NCBI RefSeq assembly: GCF_003073045.1
Contig: NC_037593.1
Span: forward strand, 29,393,367-29,457,366
Reading direction: 5' to 3'
Length of the DNA stretch: 64,000 bases
Source: Pomacea canaliculata
Lineage: Eukaryota
The translations under genes were made by a program, and so were the position numbers. The notes under the pieces are model-generated. The model was given only the letters and a program-made list of their open reading frames with translations. It made no database searches and was not told where the DNA came from. Position 1 is the stretch's first letter, and each line of letters starts with the position of its first letter. Below, piece by piece: positions 36,558 through 48,135 of this stretch.

Positions 36558-37229
36558 GTGAGCATTTGACATTTGATCTTGTTGAACTTTTACCATCAAA
36601 CTTCTGTAAATCGAAATTCTCCCTAACTCGAATTTGAAACATCAGTTGGTTGGCTTCCCATTAAAGCAATGCATATTCAACTTCCATAGCTCGAGTCCAT
36701 CTAGCCAAAAACTTCCACAACTTAAATAACTTTAAGCCAGTCAGCATGTTGAAACCAGTTGAAAATACTTCAGAAAGTGTAAAATTGTGTACTCCTCCCC
36801 CATTGACCCTGCTCTCCCATATTCTCCTTTCTATGTAGGAAACACATGCAATAAAAGTGACTGTCTCCACAGAGTGCCAAAGTGTCTTTAAAAGATTAAC
36901 AAGAAATGAACATTTGATTAAAATTAAACATCCGCAAATGTTCTTTTTTTGACGAACTTAACTCGAACCTTCCATAACTCGATTTTCTTTTTGGTCCCTT
37001 GAAGCTTCAACTTATAGAAGTTCGAGTGTTTATATGCATTTATTTGAGTATTTGAACAGAGATGTGATCAAGCTTGCCCTTTTTAAATTTTTTTTACTTC
37101 TCATCTAGAACCTCTAATTTGGGTGATAATGAAAAAGGGTGTTTGCCTCATAACTGAGAAGGCTTAATTGTTATTAGCAAATAATGTTTGAGTTTCACGT
37201 TTCATGATTTTTAAAAATTTCGTTCTCAG

Positions 37230-37418
37230 GAATCCGAGCTGGAACGTCTGACAAGTGCTCGTGAAGCAGAGCTCAAATATGTTTCTGAGCAAAATGATCT
37301 AGAACTAAACAAATCCAAGGAACTTGCCGCCATTGAATCTACTAAGTTCAGAAGTATGGTTGAGGCCATTGGAGCATCAACTCTTGCTACTATGGCCAGT
37401 GCTGGAACTGAGACGCAG
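37230..37418 (+). CDS. MVP: MVP exon 14
   Basis: Acceptor aaatttcgttctcag|GAA. Translation ESELERLTSAREAELKYVSEQNDLELNKSKELAAIESTKFRSMVEAIGASTLATMASAGTETQ aligns with human ...[26 protein letters not shown]. Donor CAG|GTATGT, phase 0. Confidence 0.9.
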
Positions 37419-37800
37419 GTATGTACTGTCATTCGTTGGTGTCTTATTTTCTACATATTATCCTTTACAAAACACTGTTCTTTGGGGTTTTCGTTAAAGG
37501 GGTTGAGTTGTCCTCGATGTTAATGAATGTTTATAAGACATATTTACAGACATATATACTTTCTGCTTAGGATGGCTATATAAGATTAGAGTTTTGAAGG
37601 TAAAAAATATCCTTCAGCATTGAAAATTAAGCAGATATTTTGACTCTCAGTCATGTTCTAGGTGTCCTGTAGTCATCAACACATTGTATAATACTGACCA
37701 TACTGTGTATACTGTGTCAACAGACAAAGGTGAGGTTGCTTGTCAGCAATAGTTGACAAAATAAACATGTCAAAGCCAAGGCATTTTTGTGTCTGTGCAG

Positions 37801-37956
37801 GTGAAGATGCTACAGGCATTGGGACTCAAATCCACACTCATCACCGATGGCACTTCACCCATCAACCTCTTCACCACAGCTTCAGGACTTATTGGTGGAA
37901 TGGCGCTCAGCAAACGTCGCCGCTTGTCTGATGATGAGGACAACGATGATGTTTGA
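37801..37956 (+). CDS. MVP: MVP terminal exon 15 (stop TGA 37954..37956)
   Basis: Acceptor tttttgtgtctgtgcag|GTG. Translation [51 protein letters not shown] aligns with human [34 protein letters not shown]. Total CDS 2583 nt, 860 aa. Confidence 0.9.
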   Translation: MKMLQALGLKSTLITDGTSPINLFTTASGLIGGMALSKRRRLSDDEDNDDV

Positions 37957-39899
37957 GGAGATCTTGATTTTTAAAGTTGTTGATGTTTTTCTTCAAAAAA
38001 GCTGCTGATTCTGTGGCAGTGACTTATGCATTGTGGTTATGAAGTAATGTTTTGTTCCAAGTGACCAGAAGTAAAAATCAGGCAGTTTTTGTGGTTATAA
38101 AGTTTTTTGTGCAGAGAAGACCAGAAATAAAATTCCATCAGCATAGTTATTAATATTTTCAAAATAAAAAAATGTTGTTACATTTATCCTTATCAACAAT
38201 ATTTGTCAAAAAAAAGTTTCAGAATCTTAGCAATATTGTTGAGAAGCTCAGCAACTGTTTCAGAAAAAGCTGAGGGAGAAAGGAGGAGCTTGTGTATGAA
38301 AATATTTTTCAAGGTTTTGAGATATTCTCAGCTTTACTAACAACTTTATTAACAAAGCAAATTTTGATAAAGGCTTTTTGCGGTATTTAGTAATCAAGTA
38401 GAAAACAAATATTGTTGGATTACATTTTTATGAATCACCCTTTTGTAAAGTGAATTGTTGACATTTTCACAAAGAAGAATGCTGTGATTATTCTTGGTTT
38501 TATATTGAAAATTTTTCTTGATATTTTGTGATGTCTGTATGATGTATAAAATGCTTAATATAAGCACTTTCTTTAATTATATTTTAAGATACATTTTGTT
38601 GTAGCTGGGGTTTATTTGGACATAACTGCCTGCCTTAAAACTGCCTCACTTTTTTCAGGATCACATATGAAGGCTTTGTTATGGTCCCTCATCTGCTGCA
38701 CAGCATTGTGCCTGTTTCTGCAGAATAACAGTTTGTGTGTCTATGTGTGTGATCTGAGACCCCATCAGGTTTGGATAAAATGGTGACCATTTTATTTTCA
38801 GTTATTTAGTTACTTCATGGAGATTGGCACAAAGAGCCTTACTACATGCAGTGAAAATAGCATTTTGAATTAGCGTGTACTTTAAGATATTTATATGAGC
38901 ACTTTGTCTAGATGGATCTGCAAGAGGCACAACAATTTGATGGTTTACTTATGGAAAGGTGTATGTATTGAAGTTTTTTAAAACTGTTTTGTTAGATGAT
39001 GGCAATATTCTATCACTCTTGTTGAGAGAATTTTCATTTTTTCATGCACAGCTAGATAAATAAAGTGTTTGCTAAATGAGTGCTTAGTATCATAAATAAA
39101 AACGCTGAAACACAAGTTGTGTGGGCTTTCATTATTGTCATCACAGTAATATATACTCTTATTAAATCTTTTGATCTCTAGGTCTAAAAATCGTTATTGT
39201 CTAAAACAATAACCATTGAAAGGTGGCATTTCAAAGGAACTCTGACTTTTATTACTTGTTCTGTACAAGCTTTTTTTTTTTTTTTTTTTTTGGCTTGTTC
39301 TGAGATATGTGAGAAAAACTGTGTGTGTGATTGGTTTAGTGTCTAAGACATTATTTCCAAACCATCAGAAATAAGAGGCCTATGCGTAGCTGACTGCATG
39401 GGTTCAAAAAGTAAAGAAAAACCAAATTTTATAATGCAATGTATAATTCTAACTGTACTATTTTTAAAATATGAAACCACAGAGCAAGCAAATTCTTGGG
39501 CATAATAATTATTATAATGCTAAACTGCACTTTAGACACCGTCGAGTTTTGTCAGTTTCGGGCATCAACGAACACGGAAAACTTTCATCAACGACACGAA
39601 GACGCCTGCACTTCGGTCATTGCCCCGCAAATGATTAAACACTAGCTCACACACACACACAAAGAACATCAGTGTATATCTGAACCAGAGACCGATGAAT
39701 TCAAGCGAGAGAGCGAGGGCACGTACAGATGCACTAGACCATGACGGTCTACCATCAGCACTATATACTCTCGGTGTCGCAATCCTTTATCCAAAAAACA
39801 GCAATTTATCTTTCGAAATCTCGTGACGATGCACTTTATTTAGCTTGGACAAGTGCGGCATTGTGAGCGAGTGACTCCCATTGTTCTCCGTGTCAGCAG

Positions 39900-39965
39900 C
39901 AGACGAGAAATATTAATTAATGACAAGCTGTTGACGTCACGGTAGCCAGCAGGAAGTGGAGGAAA
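39900..39965 (+). promoter_or_regulatory. Putative promoter for the RNF34/RFFL-like gene. It has a palindromic CRE TGACGTCA at 39932-39939 and an ETS core AGGAAGTG at 39951-39958, immediately 5' of an ATG at 39966.
   Basis: The motifs were read directly. It is not confirmed that this promoter belongs to the downstream RING gene. Confidence 0.35.
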
Positions 39966-40016
39966 ATGAGCGATCGTCCAGAGAAACAGTTTCGAAAGAC
40001 TTGGTTTTCTGGAAAG
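39966..40016 (+). CDS. Candidate short first coding exon (MSDRPEKQFRKTWFSGK) with donor GGAAAG|GTAAAT, phase 0. It may be exon 1 of the RNF34/RFFL-like gene, joining an acceptor at 42230/42231, or it may be an upstream ORF.
   Basis: An ATG in good context sits just downstream of the CRE/ETS motifs. The strong GTAAAT donor is phase-compatible with the in-frame acceptor tttttttaaag|TCA at 42231, but the peptide that join would add is not conserved. Confidence 0.3.
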
Positions 40017-40194
40017 GTAAATCCATTTTAATCCGTGAAAATTGAGGTTTAGAGTAGAGCCACTGTTTTACGCTTTATCATGACTGTGAGTGTCGTTGAA
40101 CTACATTTTCGTGGGATACAGCAAGATATGATGAGAGCGAATGCAGTGCAGTTACAGTTTTGCGAGAGGATTTTTTTTAATGTTGATAACCGAA

Positions 40195-41330
40195 GTAAGA
40201 ATCTCTCATATGCCGAAAATGTGTTATCAGAGTATGCTAAATACTATCTAAACGCTGATCCCGCTCGTATTTATCATAATTATCGTTGCTGACATAGAGG
40301 TTAAGCTTATCGTTACTGCGCGTGAACATCAGGGCTGCTTGTGAATATTTGTTTACTTTGTCGTACATCGATCGTTATACAGTCTATCAAAGACATGTAA
40401 AGCATTTATAATAGTCATAATAATCATTAGTACTAGATTTCAACATCTCTGTTTTTTTCCATGATTAATAAAAGGCTAATTAAACTGCATAAACAATTCG
40501 TCTACTGACCTAGTTAATGCTCTGGCCTTAGCAGCATCATATTGTGCAATCGCCACCATCTGGTTAATAAAAACACACATCGATTGAAAACAAGTTTGGA
40601 TCAGTTATTCATCATATAAATCTGAATATCTGTATGCAGTCGTGTACTGGCGAATTCAACAGTCATATAATAATGTGTAGTAGTTTCAGGATCGCAATGA
40701 ATGTTATACTTTACTCTTGTAGCATAATGTAGATTACCGAAGTAGGAACTATAATACACTGAAAGTGTGTTATCAGAGTATTCCAATACAATCTAAACAC
40801 TGATCCCGCTCACACTTATCACAATTATCGTTACTAAATTTGAGGTTAAGCTTATCGTTACAAAATTTGAGGTTAAGCTTATCGTTACTCCATGTGAACA
40901 TGATATGAGGGCTGCTTGTGAAAAGAGTATTTGTTTATTGTTTAATTATGTTGTGCATAGTCATATAGTCTATCAGAGACATGTAAAGCATTTATAATAG
41001 AATCATTAGAGTACTAGATTTCAGCACCTCTGGTTTTTTTGGGTTTTTTTTGCAAGATTTTAAAAAAGGCTAATTAAACAGCTTAAACAATTCGTCTACT
41101 GACTTAGTTAATACTCTGGCGTTATCAGCATTATATTGTGTGATTGATACCATCTGGTTAATAAAAAGTCGCATTGATTGAGAAAACGTTTGGATTATAA
41201 ATCTGAATTTCTATATGCAGTCGTGTACTGGCGAATTTAATAGTCATATAATAATTTGTAGTAGTTTCAGGATCGCAATGAATGTTATGCTTTACTCTTG
41301 CAGCATAATGTAACCATTCCATATTTTATT
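40195..41330. repeat. Tandem duplication, two copies of a roughly 565-bp unit, in the first intron or intergenic space upstream of the RING gene
   Basis: Unit 1 at about 40195-40760 and unit 2 at about 40760-41330 share long blocks (...gtgttatcagagtat.ccaa.aca.tctaaacactgatcccgctc...gaggttaagcttatcgttac...catttataata...ctaattaaac.gc.taaacaattcgtctactgac.tagttaat.ctctgg...cagtcgtgtactggcgaatt.aa.agtcatataataat.tgtagtagtttcaggatcgcaatgaatgttat.ctttactcttg.agcataatgta). Confidence 0.8.
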
Positions 41331-42347
41331 AGGCAAGAGAGCATTGATATATAACTTTACAATTATATTGTGGCTTATTTTTTGTATTGGTTAGTATTGA
41401 AGCTCATTCCTGCATGTTCATGTTTGCATGTGCAAGCACACACATTTTCCCTGCAGCCTAATACAATGATATCTAGGCAAGTTAAGAGGAAACTATACTG
41501 ATGGTGTATAGGAGCAACTTGATAATTCTAGACCATCATGTTGCTGGGTTGCTGCCCCAACTAAGAGCAGCTTCACAATTCTGGTCGTGTTGAGTTGACT
41601 GAAAGGGTGAAACAAACATCTTGATTTTGGTTACTCATATCCTATAACAAAATCTCTTCGGCTCACAGTTTATTTGTTTAATTTATGATTGTTTTTATTT
41701 TTCAGATTACTCATTCATTTAACACCACAAGACAGCCTGAACTGGTTTCAGCTGCTCAGTATCTGAGTGTTTCTGGTCTTCACAGTGGTGGTAGCCAGGT
41801 CATCAGAGGGAGATAAACACTCTTAATCCTGTTGACAAGATGGAAATAGTTTTAGAGTAATCTCTTCCACTGGCATGATTAATAAACACTTAGTTGATTT
41901 AGATTTTTTTGTCCATATTTAATTATGGAAGTGATTCAGTACTAAGGCATGGAAAGTATTGTAAGACATCACATGAAATACCTGTATATTTAATTGTGGA
42001 AGTGAGGCAGAGCTAATGCATGAAAAGTATTGTAAGACATCACATGACAGTGCCTGTATCATTATTGGTCTGTAATATCTTGGAATTCTCCATAAGGTTT
42101 TTGATCAAACTACTTTTGATATTATCCACAGTGTTTGACTTGTTAAACATCATTTAATAACAAGAGCAAACTTCATGTGAAGAATATTTCATCAGCAAAC
42201 TTCTGTTTGGACTTAAGCATTTTTTTAAAGTCAAAACAGACATTAATAATAAAAACTTTTATCCTGAAAAGATATATCACAGTCAACATTATCAAATTTT
42301 CCACCAAAACAAGGAATTTTTATAGCAGTATATTCTTTGGCTGCCTT

Positions 42348-42578
42348 ATGGGCGCAGGGGCAGTGACCGGACATAGTCAGTTTCGTGGCAGTCGAGTTTT
42401 TCCCTCACCAGCCCCTGCAGGGAACTCAGCCACAACCTCATCAGACACCTCTTTTACTAGAACTGCACCTAAGGAGAAATCAGATTTACAAGGACAACCT
42501 GGTATCAAAGCAACCATGTCTAACAAGCCATTATCTTGTGAGACCTGTGATGTGGTCTTTAATCTGTTTAAGAGGCGG
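42348..42578 (+). CDS. RNF34/RFFL: RNF34/RFFL-family E3 ubiquitin ligase (FYVE-like plus RING), first clearly conserved coding exon. The 5' boundary is unresolved.
   Basis: Translation MGAGAVTGHSQFRGSRVFPSPAPAG...KPLSCETCDVVFNLFKRR aligns with human RNF34 MGTGAVRGQQSAFAG...IVCKACGLSFSVFRKK. Donor CGG|GTGAGT, phase 0. In-frame acceptors lie upstream at 42325/42326 and 42230/42231. Confidence 0.7.
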
Positions 42579-43018
42579 GTGAGTTGGAACACCTGCTAAT
42601 TATATATGTATGTGTGTGTCTGCGCGCATGTGTGCATGCTTGTGCATGTTTTGATTGCCTTTTAATGGTAAATAGTGTGTGATGTATGGATGTGTGCATC
42701 CATGGTGCATGGTTGGTGACATTTAATGCCATGATTTAGACTATACAGTGCCATGCTAGTCTAGACCTGTAAATAATTGTCACTGCAGCTGGCATTTCTT
42801 ACTTTTGATGTTCTTTTGTGATAAGTATTTACTGTTATCAATATTATATGTAATGTACATGCATAACATATACATAATATATGCATTGCATGCAACATTT
42901 GTACTTCTGAGTGCATTTTCCTCTTTTTGTGGGTGTAGGAATAAAGAGTTGCTTAATCTGTTCAGTCAAAGCCTAAAGATATCAAATGCATACTTCTCTT
43001 TCTACAACTACTTTACAG

Positions 43019-43327
43019 AAATTCTGCAAAGACTGTCGCCGCTGCTTCTGTTCCACCTGCCTACCCAAACCAAGCAATAATAATGGAAGAAATGGTCGTC
43101 AATGTTCCAAGTGTATCATTCTAACATCTGGCAAATTTACTAGACAGATGTTGCAGGCATGGAAAATCAAAGACATGCGATGTTTTTTAGATGCCCGAAG
43201 CATTTCAACATCATCATGTAAAGAAAAACATGATTTGATAGATCTTCTCTTGCTTCATTTCTGCTTGGAGTCTAATTCTACACATGTGGAACAGGCAGAG
43301 CATGATCGGCTAGTTGATGAACTTGCT
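43019..43327 (+). CDS. RNF34/RFFL: RNF34/RFFL-like exon: FYVE-like zinc finger and helical region
   Basis: Acceptor ctacaactactttacag|AAA. Translation KFCKDCRRCFCSTCLPK...RQCSKC...KIKDMRCFLDARSISTSSCKEKHDLIDLLL aligns with human RNF34 HVCCDCKKDFCSVCSV...RRCSTC...KVKDLRQYLILRNIPIDTCREKEDLVDLVL. Donor GCT|GTAAGT, phase 0. Confidence 0.75.
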
Positions 43328-44215
43328 GTAAGTTTTAGGATAAAGTTGTCTTAATCCATTAATCATTTCCTACAAGCAGAGAGGGCCTGTGATCAAAGTC
43401 TTAAATTTCTAGCATCAGACAGCTGTTTTGGCTGGAGAAATGATCTCTTCTGGGATAAGTACTGTTTTGCACTGTTCTAATCATTAATCATTGATGCATT
43501 ACTCATTGCACAAGGGGCTACCTTAAGCTGATTGAGCACACAAAATTAAAAATGATATTTAACAGATACATTGTGAATAGTGCTGATCGTTGGCATGAAG
43601 CTCATTGGTCCTGCCATTAACCAGTGAGGTGTTATAATAATTACAGAGCAGAATGCAGTCTAGCAGCTTTTGCAGTTTCACACCTTTGCCCAGTCAGGTG
43701 TCTATGGCAGAACATTTCTCCAATTCTGCTATAAGTGAAGCTACAGGTGAGGGAAGCTTCTTATCCCTTTTGTGAAGTGTGGCTCATGTAGTCAACCACA
43801 TTTTCTACATCCTCTATTATGTGGTGGTCTGTTATGTTTGCTATGGTCAAGTTTTGTAAAGGGGGAACACCAGCATCTTGTGGCTTTTAGACCCAATGTG
43901 TTCCTCTTGTTCTCTCATTAATGATTTCATTGATGGAAATAATTTTGTTTTTGTGTGTTTTCATGAGTCTGTGTCTTCTTTAATTTACCAAAATTATTTA
44001 GTTTAAAATTGCAGCAGTAAAATGATATGAATGTGAAGCAGTGTTTTCTATAGGAAACTAATCAGATTAGAAAAATTTATAACAATCCTCCCCTACCCTA
44101 CCTAAAATGGGGATGAAAACATGCTCACATCTTCTCAGTCTTCTTTACTCTCTGTTTCTATTTCTATTTAGCGTTAGTCTAGATTTTCCTGTTTGTTGCA
44201 GACTCATCATATCAG

Positions 44216-44401
44216 GAACAACAGGAACAGTCATCTTCTGTACAAAGCACTGGCAATAACAGTAGCAATAGAGGACTACAAAATGTCACAGAAGACACTG
44301 AACGGGGTAATGATGAAAGTGATGGTGGTGATAGAAACCTTCGAGAGAGACAAGAGCAAGAGACTCTTAGGAGATATCAGGAGGAACTGAGGCATGAGGA
44401 G
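44216..44401 (+). CDS. RNF34/RFFL: RNF34/RFFL-like exon: Ser/Glu-rich acidic linker
   Basis: Only the acceptor at catcatatcag|GAA (44215/44216) keeps the frame from the previous exon. The earlier AG at 44200/44201 would need phase 1. Translation EQQEQSSSVQSTGNNSSNRGLQNVTEDTERGNDESDGGDRNLRERQEQETLRRYQEELRHEE. Donor GAG|GTTGGT is weak, so the 3' end is uncertain. Confidence 0.5.
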
Positions 44402-44836
44402 GTTGGTTTTGCATGGAATTCATACAGGTTTCATACAGAGATTAGTGAGTGCTGTGAAATGCCAAATGTTTTGCTGTAGGTTTTTTCTTTTTTTTTCACT
44501 TTTTAAAATTATTTTCACAATTACTCCCGTCGGAGGTGTTTTTTTTGGGTTATTTACATGGACTGTATGTGTTTGTGTGAGATGATAGTTTGAGTGGAAT
44601 TTAGTTGTTATTAAGTTTTTATTATAAGCCAGTTGTTTTACCACATCTTGTAATTTCTCCGCGTGAGATAATAAAGTTAAATTGAATTGAATTTTAAAGA
44701 AGCAAGATGGTTGTGCATAAGGTAAAATAGCTCTATATTTTTGCTTTGTTCATTATTAAGATTCACATTCTTTACAAACGCATGCAAGAATCCAGAGGAA
44801 GGGTTTTTTATTTTGGTTTTTTTTTTCCTTCTTCAG

Positions 44837-45035
44837 CCTGAAACTAGACCAGGAATTAAACGTGCCACTCTGGAGGATGTCAAGTGTGAGTCAGATGTGG
44901 ATAGCTTGACGGTGCGGCAGCTGAAAGAGATTCTTGTGAACAATTTTGTGGACTACCGTGGTTGTTGTGAAAAACGAGAGCTGAGAGACCATGCTAAGAG
45001 GCTCTGGAAAGAAGACCAAGCAAACAAGCAGAGAG
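44837..45035 (+). CDS. RNF34/RFFL: RNF34/RFFL-like exon: conserved pre-RING helical segment
   Basis: Acceptor ttttttttccttcttcag|CCT. Translation [66 protein letters not shown] aligns with human RNF34 ...[49 protein letters not shown]. Donor AGAG|GTTTGT, phase 1. Confidence 0.8.
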
Positions 45036-46168
45036 GTTTGTGACCTCTAGTCTTCAGTCATAGGATAGATATTAAAACTACATAATAGAGAAAGTGAATG
45101 ACTGGGATGACGACATCTTTTTTTTTAATGCCATTACACATGACTGCCAGTTTGAGTAATTTTCCCCCCTTAATTAAAAAAAATTTTGTAATCAGTGGTT
45201 TGATGAACTCTTATAAATAATTGTTTTCTCTGTAGTGGTGAAGAAGTTTTTTTAATCTGGCAATCCTTTTACCATGAATCGTTTGAGAAGACCTGGATTT
45301 GATGAATTTGATAAACCTCTAAGTTTACCCGGTAACCCTGCTAGAATTCAAGATTACTCTTCCTCATAAGGTGCAGCCAAAATTGGTTGCCAGATTTAGA
45401 ACAGTATTTAAAAAAATAAAAGAAACTGTTCAGTGCAAGTGATGACTCAGGGGAGACATTCCAAACTTTTAGGGCCCATGCTTCAGTCTTGGAAATGTCC
45501 TTTCAATCAGTATGATTTAAGATATAGGGTAAATTGTGGAAGATTTTGTTTTGCATTAACTTTTATTTATGTATAACCCCATTTCTTAAACACTATTAAG
45601 AATAATAGTAAATTTAATTTATTGGGTGCGTGATCCCTCCATCAAAGGTTAGCTCAAAGCACTTGACAAAAAAAAATAGACAAAATAACAACACATACAC
45701 GGACACATACAACAAAAGGTGTGTTATGTCTGTAGAATACCACAAGGCAGAATGAAGAAAGATACATCTATATTTGCTCCTGGCTTTCTCAGTCCAGTTG
45801 AATTGTGAGGCTGCAAAATGCTCCTGTCCACATGACAGTTATTCAGCAAAGTAAAAGTTAGCTTGTATAGCTCCCTGTCCATGCCTGTCTGGCAAGCTTA
45901 AGGCATTTGATATAACCAGTCAAATGAACTATGTCAATTGTGACGTCTCCATGTTGAAATAGAATCAAAGCCATAGACGTGGATTGAAGGAGCACCACAA
46001 TCCAAACGAATGATGGCAGGCACATTAAAAGCACACACCAACACGAAAAAGACATCAGATAATATAATACCACAGAACACAACACCCACCAGCCAGTTAG
46101 AAGGGACATCAATCTTGTCAAATTGCTAAATCCTTTTTCATCTCTAACAATTTTGTGTGTGTACACAG

Positions 46169-46371
46169 CAACAGCGGCACATGAGAAATCAAAAGCAGCC
46201 GATGCTAGTTGTGGGAAGATTTTTGCAATGCCTTGGGTACTACTTGACCCTAAGCACAACATGTGTAAGATCTGCATGGATGCTAGCATTGATTGCATCT
46301 TGTTAGAGTATGGTCACATGTGCAAAATGTGGGAAGCGTCTGGCAGACAGTACATCACTCTTGTCAAATGA
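46169..46371 (+). pseudogene. Decayed tandem duplicate of the terminal RING exon (pseudo-exon)
   Basis: It is near-identical to 46620-46861 and includes the acceptor tgtacacag|CA. A roughly 10-bp deletion (ttgacatgta) and a roughly 18-bp deletion (tgtcccatctgcagacag) remove the last RING Cys ligands. The translation ends ...[35 protein letters not shown]. Confidence 0.65.
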
Positions 46372-46619
46372 ACTGTGTTGATTAAGATGTCTCCATGTTG
46401 AAGTAGAATCGAAGCCATAGACATGGATTGAAGGAGCACCACAATCCAAACGAATGATGGCAGGCACATCAAAAGCACACACCAACACGAAAAAGACATC
46501 CATCAGATAAGACAAAAATACAACAGAACATAGCACCCACCAGCCAATTAGAAGGGACATCACTCTTGTCAAATTGCTAAATCCTTTCTCATCTCTAACA
46601 ATTTTTTTTTTGTACACAG

Positions 46620-46861
46620 CAACAGCGGCACATGAGGAATCAAAAGCACCCAATGCTAGTTCTGGGAAGACTTCTGCAATGCCTGGAGTACCACTTGACC
46701 TGGAGTATGACATCTGTAAGATTTGCATGGATGCTAGCATTGATTGCATCTTGTTAGAGTGTGGTCACATGTTGACATGTACAAAATGTGGGAAGCGTCT
46801 GGCAGACTGTCCCATCTGCAGACAGTATATCACTCGTGTCGTCCATATATTCCGATCCTGA
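46620..46861 (+). CDS. RNF34/RFFL: RNF34/RFFL-like terminal exon encoding the C3HC4 RING finger (stop TGA 46859..46861)
   Basis: Acceptor tttttttttgtacacag|CA. Translation (A)[79 protein letters not shown] matches human RNF34 [49 protein letters not shown] almost residue for residue. Total CDS 1167 nt, 388 aa. Confidence 0.85.
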
Positions 46862-47920
46862 TAATAAAGTGTACATGGATTTTTAAATATTTTTTTCATT
46901 CCCTTTTGTGCTAAGAATAATTTAGCAGAGAGTTTGTTAATTTGTATGACAGGTGGCTGATTGTGATGTGATGACTAGAGTGGTTTAGTGAAAGAACCTT
47001 AATTTCTTTTTCGATTAATAGGTTGCTAAAATTTTTTAAGTGCTTGCCACAATAAATGATGAATTACCAGACAAGGGAGCAGTTTAAAAGAATACAAAGG
47101 ATACAATGAACTTAAAAATGACATAGTTCCAGATCCTAATGTTATTGTAAGGAGTTATGTTTTGTAAACTTCATTTCATTAAGAATGCCCAGCTTTATAT
47201 TTTTTTGACATGTACTTCTTTCCTTGAAGTTTTATATTTTAAAATATGTTGATGATATTTTTATTTGTATATTTGATGAAAATATCTGACTTGCAAAGAT
47301 GAAAATGCAGCATTTTGTACCAGACATCACAAAATCCTACTTAAACAAAAAGCCTTATTGAATGAGAATTTTTTTTTTTTTCAACGCTGATTGCTTCTAA
47401 GACTTGACACATTGTACTCACATTTTTGTTAATCTCATATTATCAGGAAGGTGTGCACATTTATGGATTGTTCCTTTATCAGTATTATTTCCAGGTACAG
47501 ATGCTACTAGGTTTTGTTTCCATTAATTTAAGTTTTTGAGATTAACTTTTACAATTAATTTTGTGAAAGCAGAATTATAGCAACTTTGAACTAACCAGAT
47601 CTTAATGATTCTGCTGAGGGGTTATTAGGATCTTCACATGCTGTATGCAGCTTTTCACCAACCACGATGGTTATGAAATGTCCATTTCCTTATTTTAGAA
47701 TAAGATAGGCAGACATCAGTTGGGATACCCAATAAGAAATAAATTTCATCGTAACTCCAAAGGGAATTCATTCCTGTTTTAAATACGACAGTTCCTTCCC
47801 TAGAATATTAGATAGTTCTTGAACATTTTAATAATTAAGTCTAGCAGTTTGTCAGCTGCAAATGCTGAGGCCAAACTGATGTTATTTTTTAGTTTCATAA
47901 CATTTCTTCATATCCTCAAG

Positions 47921-48135
47921 AGTACTCTTCCCAGTATTCTCCTGTCACTAACCTTATTCTTTAGAAGCATTACCATTAAGTCTACAGTGATCATTCTTTA
48001 CTGCCAGAATGCAGCAAGTTCTCCCAGTGTACTTTGTTTCTACATCTGCTACTTTTTTGTTAACTTGTTCTACATCTTTTGTTACTATTTTGTGATCTTG
48101 TTTTACATCTGTTATTTTTTCATCTTATTCAGTGC
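47921..48135 (+). repeat. Short interspersed repeat (SINE/MITE-like family), copy A
   Basis: It shares ...gtattc.c.agtatt...ttaccattaa.tc...tttactgcc...ttctacatct...ttttgttaacttgttctacatctttgtta...ttttacatct... with 56031-56250. Confidence 0.55.

Larger units (their letters stand above)
45890..46861. repeat. Tandem duplication of roughly 450 bp containing the RING exon (copy 1 about 45900-46375, copy 2 about 46350-46861)
   Basis: Repeated blocks include ...gtcaaatgaactatgtcaattgtgacgtctccatgttgaaatagaatcaaagccatagacgtggattgaaggagcaccacaatccaaacgaatgatggcaggcacat.aaaagcacacaccaacacgaaaaagacatc... and the RING exon. The minus-strand ORFs 45858-46298 and 46303-46749 are mutual paralogues for the same reason. 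Confidence 0.8.

Noticed and set aside
41706-41798. Candidate phase-0 internal exon (ITHSFNTTRQPELVSAAQYLSVSGLHSGGSQ) between the 39966 exon and the RING gene
   Set aside because: It has a good acceptor but a weak donor (CAG|GTCATC). Its phase does not connect to the 42325/42326 acceptor and it is not conserved.
44201-44215. Earlier acceptor ttgttgcag|ACTCATC for the acidic-linker exon of the RING gene
   Set aside because: It would need a phase-1 donor upstream, but the preceding exon ends in phase 0. Using it in phase 0 runs into a stop, so the downstream AG at 44215 was chosen.
45858-46749. Two similar minus-strand ORFs ([11 protein letters not shown]...)
   Set aside because: Their similarity reflects the roughly 450-bp tandem duplication. 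They are antisense to the RING exon copies and have no splice or homology support.
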